Source of the DNA: the human T2T-CHM13v2.0 reference genome, Homo sapiens
NCBI RefSeq assembly: GCF_009914755.1
Contig: NC_060938.1
Direction: 5' to 3' (one strand)
DNA length: 64,000 bases
A model generated the notes under the pieces. That model searched no databases, was not told the DNA's origin, and saw only the letters and a list, made by a program, of their open reading frames with translations. The position numbers and the translations under genes were made by a program. The first letter of the stretch is position 1. Every line of letters begins with the position of its first letter. Shown here piece after piece: positions 56,971-64,000 of this stretch.

Positions 56971-58129
56971 TGTTGTGGGAAGTCAGGGACCCCGAACAGA
57001 GGGACTGGCTGGAACCGTGGCAGAGGAACATAAATTGTGAAGATTTCATTTTAATATGGACATATATCAGTTCCCAAAATTAATACTTTTATAATTTCTT
57101 ACACCTGTCTTTACTGCCATCTCTGAACATAAATTGTGAAGATTTCATTTTAATATGGACATTTATCACTTTCCAAATAATACTCTTATAATTTCTTACA
57201 CCTGCCTTATTTTAATCTCTTAATCCTGTTATCTTCATAAGCTGAGGATATATGTCACCTCAGGACCACTGTGATAATTGTATCTAACTGTACAAATTGA
57301 TTGTAGAACATGTGTGTTTGAACAATATGAAATCAGTGCACCTTGAAAATGAACAGAATAACAGCGATTTTAGGGAACAAGGGAAGACAACCATAAGGTC
57401 TGACTGCCTGCGGGGTCAGGCAGAATAGAGCCACATTTTTCTTCTTGCAGAGCGCCTATAAACAGACGTGCAAGTAGGGAAGATATCGCTAAATTCTTTT
57501 CCCAGCAAGGAATATTAATATTTAATACCCTGGGGAAGGAATGCATTCCTGGGGGAAGGTCTATAAACAGCTGCTCTGGGAGTGACTGTCTTACGTGGCT
57601 GAGATAAGGACTGAAATACGCCCTGGTCTCCCACAGTACCCTCAGGCTTACTAGGGTGGGGAAAAATCCCACCCTGGAGAATTTGAGGTCAGACTGGCTC
57701 TCTGCTCTCAAACCCTGTTTCCTGTTAAGATGCTTATCAAGGCAATACATGCACAGCTAAACATAGACCCTTATCAGGAGTTTTTGATTTTGCCTTTTAC
57801 CTTATGATCTTTGCCTTGCCCTTTGCCTTGTGACTTTATTGGCCTCAGAAGCATGTGATCTTTGTTCTCCTTTTTGCCCTTTGAAGCAGGTGATCTTTGT
57901 GAACTACTCCCTGTTTACACCCCCTCCCCTTTTGAAGTCCTTAATAAAAACCTGCTGGTTTTGCAGCTCAGGTGGGCAACACAGTCCTACCAATATGTGA
58001 TGTCACCCCCGGAGGCCCAGCTGTAAAATTCATCTCTTTGTACTCTTTCTCTTTATTTCTCAGCTAGCCGACACTTAGGGAAAATAGAAAGAACCTACGT
58101 TGAAATATTGGGGGTGGGTTCCCCCGATA
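56971..58129 (+). mobile_element. MER11 solo LTR (HERV-K11/HML-8)
   Basis: Starts 'tgttgtgggaagtcagggacccc' and ends 'gggttcccccgata'. Internal ~99-bp tandem unit 'gaacataaattgtgaagatttc' x2, TATA-like 'tataaa', AATAAA. 6-bp TSD ggtcca at 56965-56970 and 58130-58135. Confidence 0.95.
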
Positions 58130-58470
58130 GGTCCATACAAAGTCAGCCAGTCTGTGTGGCAGCGTAGTTGCGCATGCATTTTAGTCTTGAGCCAGAGATT
58201 GGAGTGCCTGCTCTGGAGCTAGGTGGGAGCCTTCACAGGGAGAACAGAAGTGTGGAAAGTGCCTCAGTAGCAAGCGCTGGAATTCTGCTCTCCCCTGCAG
58301 CAGGCTTAGGGGTGGGATGAGAGCTGCTACAGCTGTGGTTTCTCCTAGGTGACCAGACTTGCAGGCAGAGCCAGCTTGGGGACCTGGAACTAATCTGCAT
58401 GTGCCATTGCTAGGTGCCCAAGTATGCTCCCCTCAGATCATGGTAAAGTGATCCACCCTGAAGCAGAAAG

Positions 58471-58917
58471 CCAGGTATTTGGAGCACCCACTTGCCTAGA
58501 CCAGCATCCCACCCTTCGTGGATATAGATCCTGGTGAGCACGGCCCTCTGCGCTCCATGCCCAGGAAGATCTCCAGGTATTCAGAGTACTCGCTCACCTG
58601 GTTCAGCAGCCAGTGCAGCCCCATCCTTCCTGGACATATATTGTAGTATATGAAGACCCTCTCTGCTCCACACGCAGACAAATATCCAGGCATTTCGAGC
58701 ACCCATTCACCAGGATTAGCAGCTTGAACTGTCCTACCCACACTGTGCAGAAATTGTGGTATAGTAGGACCCTCTGCAGTCCATACCCACATGTATCTCC
58801 AAGAATCTGAAGGATGTACTCTCCTAGATTAGAAGTGTAGGCCACCCATCAACACCCCATCACCATGCAGAGAAATTGGGGCTGAGGTTTCCCAGCTTTA
58901 ACACTAGGCACACCTCT
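58471..58917 (+). repeat. About four diverged ~100-115-bp tandem units in the L1 5'UTR
   Basis: Units start ccaggtatttggagcaccc (58471), ccaggtattcagagtactc (58573), ccaggcatttcgagcaccc (58686) and ccaagaatctgaagg (58799). Confidence 0.75.
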
Positions 58918-59582
58918 AGTTGCTTGGTGACCAGACACTGGATTCTCTCCTAGCACTGGTGCTTGTGTTTACCACTGGGGGACCTGTATGCAGGCCTACC
59001 CAGTGTGGCTCTGTCAATCATGCCCAACAACCCCCACCAGTGCTGAGCAGAGAGCTCAGACCACTGTGCACCCCACGGATCAGCCCATTGCCTGAGACAA
59101 TAGAGACCCTCTCCCAATAAACAAGAATCAAGTATATACTATACATATATACCATGCTGGCTATATACCATGCTGGCTATAGTCGGCTCTTGCTCATAAA
59201 TGCCAAATACTACCTTGTAGGTCAAACTGCACAGCCCAATATAAAATCTGCCAAAAGAAGTACACGGTACTATAAAAGCAAAGCCAAGAGACCCTACCCA
59301 TGATCCTCTGCATCCACACTCCCTAGCGAGGAAGGGAAAAGGTAAAAAGAAAGGAAAAAAATATTATAGGGCAAGGGAAAAACAGAAAAAAATCCTACCT
59401 GCACAAAAATAATTACAAAAAGTAGAAATGTCAGCATCTCCAGATGAGAAAGAACCAGTGAAGGAATACTGGCACCACGAAAAATCTGAATGTAGCGACA
59501 CCACCAATAGATCACATTAGCTCTCCAGCAATGGTACCTAACCAAAATGGAAACTCAGAAATAACAGATAAGAAAATTCAAA

Positions 59583-60280
<698 letters not shown>

Positions 60281-61237
60281 ATTCAAAGCATGGATTGCAA
60301 GGAAGCTCAAGGAGATCCAAGAAAAGTTTGAAAACCAAACCCAGAAACTTCTAAAGCAATCCAGTAAGTGAAGAAAAAGATAAGCATCTTAAAAAACAAT
60401 CAGAACTTCTGGAATTGAAAAACTCAAAGAATTTCAAAATGAAAGCTTTATCAATAAACCAGCTGAAGCAGAAGAAAAAAATTCACAGCTTGAAAATTGG
60501 TGTTTTAAACTAACCCAGTCAGACAAACATAAGGAAAAATGAATTTTAAAACATGAATTAATTCTTTGAGAAATATGGAATTATGTAAAGTGACCAAACC
60601 TAGGAATTATTGGCATTCCTGAGAGTGAAGGAGAAAAAGTAAATAACCTGAGAAACGTATTCGAGGGAATAATTCAAGAAACTGTCCCTGTTCTTGCTAG
60701 AGAAATATTCACATACAGAAAACCTAGAGAACACTTGAAAGATACTATACAAAATGAATATCATCAAGGAATATAGTCAGCAGGATGTCCAAGATTAATG
60801 CTAAAGAAAAAGTCTTAAAGGCAGCTAGAGCAAAAGGGCAGATCATGTACAAAGGGAACTCAATCAGGCTAACAGAGGACATCTCAGCAGAAGATTTACA
60901 AGCCAGGAGAGATTGGGGCCTATGTTCGGCACTCGCAGAGAAAATAAATTCCAAAAAACAATTTCATTTTCTGCCAAACTAAGTTTCATAAGCAAAGGAG
61001 AAATAATATCTTTTCCAGACAATCAAGTGCTAAGGGAATTTGTTACCACTAGACCAGCCTTTCAAGAGAACCTGGAGGGAGTTCTAAACATGGAAACAAA
61101 AGAATGATAGCTAGTTGCCCACCACCCCCACCAAACACACACGTACACACACAAACACACTCACTTAAGTACATAGCTCACAGACCCTATAAAGCAACCA
61201 TACAATAGAAACTACAAAGCATCCAGCTAACAACTTC

Positions 61238-64000
61238 ACAACAGGATCAAAACCTCAAATATCAATATTAACCTTGAATATAAGTGATCTAAATGTCCAA
61301 CTTTAAAGGCACAGGGTGGCAAGCTGGACAGGACCATCCATCTGCTCTTTTCAACAGACCCATCTCACAAGTAACAACACCCCTGAGCACAAAATAAAGG
61401 ACTGGAGAAATAATATTATTTTGCAAATGGAAAACAAAAGAGAGCAGGGATCACAATTCTTATATTAGATGAAAGAGACTTTAAACCAACAATGTTAAAA
61501 TGACAAAGAAGGATGGTACATAAAGACAAAGGGCTCCATCCAACAAGAAGACTTACCTATCCTATATATATATACACACCACCCAACATTGAAGCATCAA
61601 GATTAATAAAACAAATATTTCTAGACCTAAGAAAAGACTAAGATAGCCACACAATAATAGTGGTGGACTTCCACAACATGCTGACAGCATTAGACAGATC
61701 ATCAAAGCAAAAAACTAACAAATTCTAGACTTAAATTCAACACTACCAATTAGACTTAACAGACATCTACAGAATAATACACCTATAAACACACAATATA
61801 CATTCCTCTCTTCTGCACATGAAACACACTCCAACACTGACCATAAGCTCAGTCCTAAAGAAAGTCTCAATACATTCAAAAAGATTAAAATTATATCAAC
61901 CATACTCTCTGACCATAGTGGAATAAAAATAGAAATCAATACAAAGAAAATCTCTCAAAACCACACAATTATACGAAAATGAAAAAACTTGCTCCTGAAT
62001 GACTTTTGGGTAAAAAACAAAATTCTTTGAAATAAATAAAAACAGAGACACAACATACCAAAACCTCTGAGATGTAGCAAAAGTAGCATTAAGAGGAAAG
62101 TTTATAGTACTAAACACCTACCTCAAAAAGTTAGAAAGATCTCAAATTAACAATCTCACTTCACACCTAGAGGAGCTGGAAAAACAAGAACTAAACCCAA
62201 AGCCAGCAGAGAAAAAGAAATAACTGAAATCAGAACGGAACTGAATGAAATTGAGACCCAAATATCCATACAAAGAACCAACGGAATGAAAAGTTGGTTT
62301 TTTGAAAGGATACACAAGATCGGTAGACCACTAACTAGATTAACAAAGGGGAAAAAAATAGAAGATGCAAATAAGCACAATTGGAAAGGACAAAGGTGAC
62401 ATTACAGCCATTCTCACAGAAATACAGAAGATCTTCAGAGAGTATTACAAACACCTCTATGCATACAAATCAGAAAATCTAGAAGCAAATGAATAAATTC
62501 TTGAAAATACAAAATCTCCCAAGATTTAATCAGGAATAAATTGAAACCCTGAACAGAACCATATCGAGTTCCAAAACTGAATCAGTAATGAAAAATCTAC
62601 CAACCAAAATAGCCCTGGACCAGATGGATTCACAGGCAAATTCTACCAGATGTACAAGGAAGAGCTGGTACCAGTTCTACTAAAACTACTCTGAAAAATC
62701 AAGGAGGAGTAACTCCTTCCTAATGCATTCTACAAAGCCAGCATAGCATCATTCTAATACCAAAACCTAGCAAAGACACAACAAAAAACATAACTGCAAG
62801 TCAATATCTCTGAGAAACACACAGGCAAAAATCCTCAAAAAAAAAAAAAAAGCAAACTGAATCCAGGAGCACACCAAAAAGTTAACTCACCAAGAAAAAG
62901 AAAGCTTCATTCCTAGGATACAAGGTTCGTTCAACATATGTAAATCAGTAAATGTTATTCACCACATAAACAAAATTTTAAAAAAATACGATCATCTCAA
63001 TAAATGTGGAAAATACTTTTGATGTAATCCAATATCGCTTCATGATAAAAAACCCTCAACAAACTAGGCATCGAAGGAACATACCTCAAAATAGTAAGAA
63101 CCATTTATGCCAAACTCACAGTCAACATCGTGCAGAATGGGCAAAAATTGGCAGCATTCCCTTTGAGAACTGGAACAATACAAGGATGCCCACTCTCACC
63201 ACTCCTATTCAACATAGTAATAGAAGTTCTAGCCAAAGCAGTCAGGCAAGAGAAGGAAAGAAAAACCAACCAATTACCAAAAGAGAAAGTCAAACTATGT
63301 CTCTTCACTGAGGATTTGATTCTATCCCTAGAAAACTCTAAAGACTTGGCAAAAGGCTACTGGGACTGATAAACCACTTGAGTAAAGTTTTGGGACACAA
63401 AACCAATGTGCAAAAATAAGTGGCATTTCTATAATGCAACAATATTCAAGCTGAGAGCCAAATCAAGAACCTAATCCCATTTACAACAGCCATGAAAAAA
63501 AAATACCTTGAAATAAATCTAACCGAAGAAGTAAAATATTTCCACAAGGAGAACCACAAAACACTGCTGAAATAAATTACAGATGACACAAAGGAATGGA
63601 AAAACATTCCATGCTCATGAATTGAAAGAATCAATATCATTAAAATGGCCATACTGCCCAAATCAATCTACAGATTCAACGTTATTCCTCTATCAAGCTA
63701 CCAGTGTCACTTGTTCACATAACTAAAAAAATTAAATATAAAAAAAATTCTAAAACGCATATGGAACCAAAGCGAAGCCCAAACAGCAAAAATAATCCTA
63801 AGCAAAAAGAACAAAGCTGGAGATAGCACATCACCCTATGTCAAACTATACTATAAGGCTGCAGTAACCAAAATAGCATGACACTGGTACAAAACCAGAC
63901 ACATGGAACAATAGAACAGAATAGAAAACCCAGAAATAAAACTGCACTCCTAGCACTATCTAATCTTCAACAAAGTCAACAAAAATTATTAATAGGGAAG
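61238..64000 (+). pseudogene. Decayed L1 ORF2 (EN and RT), many stops and frameshifts
   Basis: EN start 'acaggatcaaaacctcaaatatcaatattaaccttg'. RT motif [13 protein letters not shown] is present and catalytic FADD has decayed to FTED (ORF 63130-63369). Confidence 0.9.

Noticed and set aside
57025-57225. ~99-bp direct repeat as a CRISPR-like or novel array
   Set aside because: It is an internal tandem unit characteristic of MER11 LTRs, with only two copies and no spacers.
59146-59180. Short tandem duplications (tataccatgctggctat x2; similar ones near 3295-3335 and 48008-48053)
   Set aside because: They are ordinary slippage duplications inside old repeats.

Overview
This window is human genomic DNA: it carries intact AluYb8 and AluYa5 copies, both essentially human-lineage subfamilies. 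It is AT-rich, has no CpG island, and roughly half is recognisable interspersed repeat. I found no cellular protein-coding exon, tRNA, rRNA or CRISPR array. The ORF track is explained by decayed LINE-1 ORF1/ORF2, Alu/LTR read-through, microsatellites or chance. 13 of 14 Alus and most L1s and LTRs are on the + strand, which suggests (inference) a large intron of a minus-strand transcription unit. The most informative structure is one composite L1PA7-type insertion (27871-31901). It has a twin-primed 5' inversion, a sense 3' end and an apparent ~390-bp 3' transduction of Tigger1 transposase sequence, all inside one 13-bp TSD. Other points of interest are a ~110-bp local duplication spanning an L2/MIR junction, a near-perfect AluYa5 with mismatched TSDs, a nested L1>AluJ>THE1 stack plus a MER11 solo LTR, a possible CR1/L3 relic, and several unverified splice-site-bounded exon candidates. 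I see no evidence for a new biological system. Subfamily names come from remembered consensus sequences, and boundaries of old repeats are approximate.
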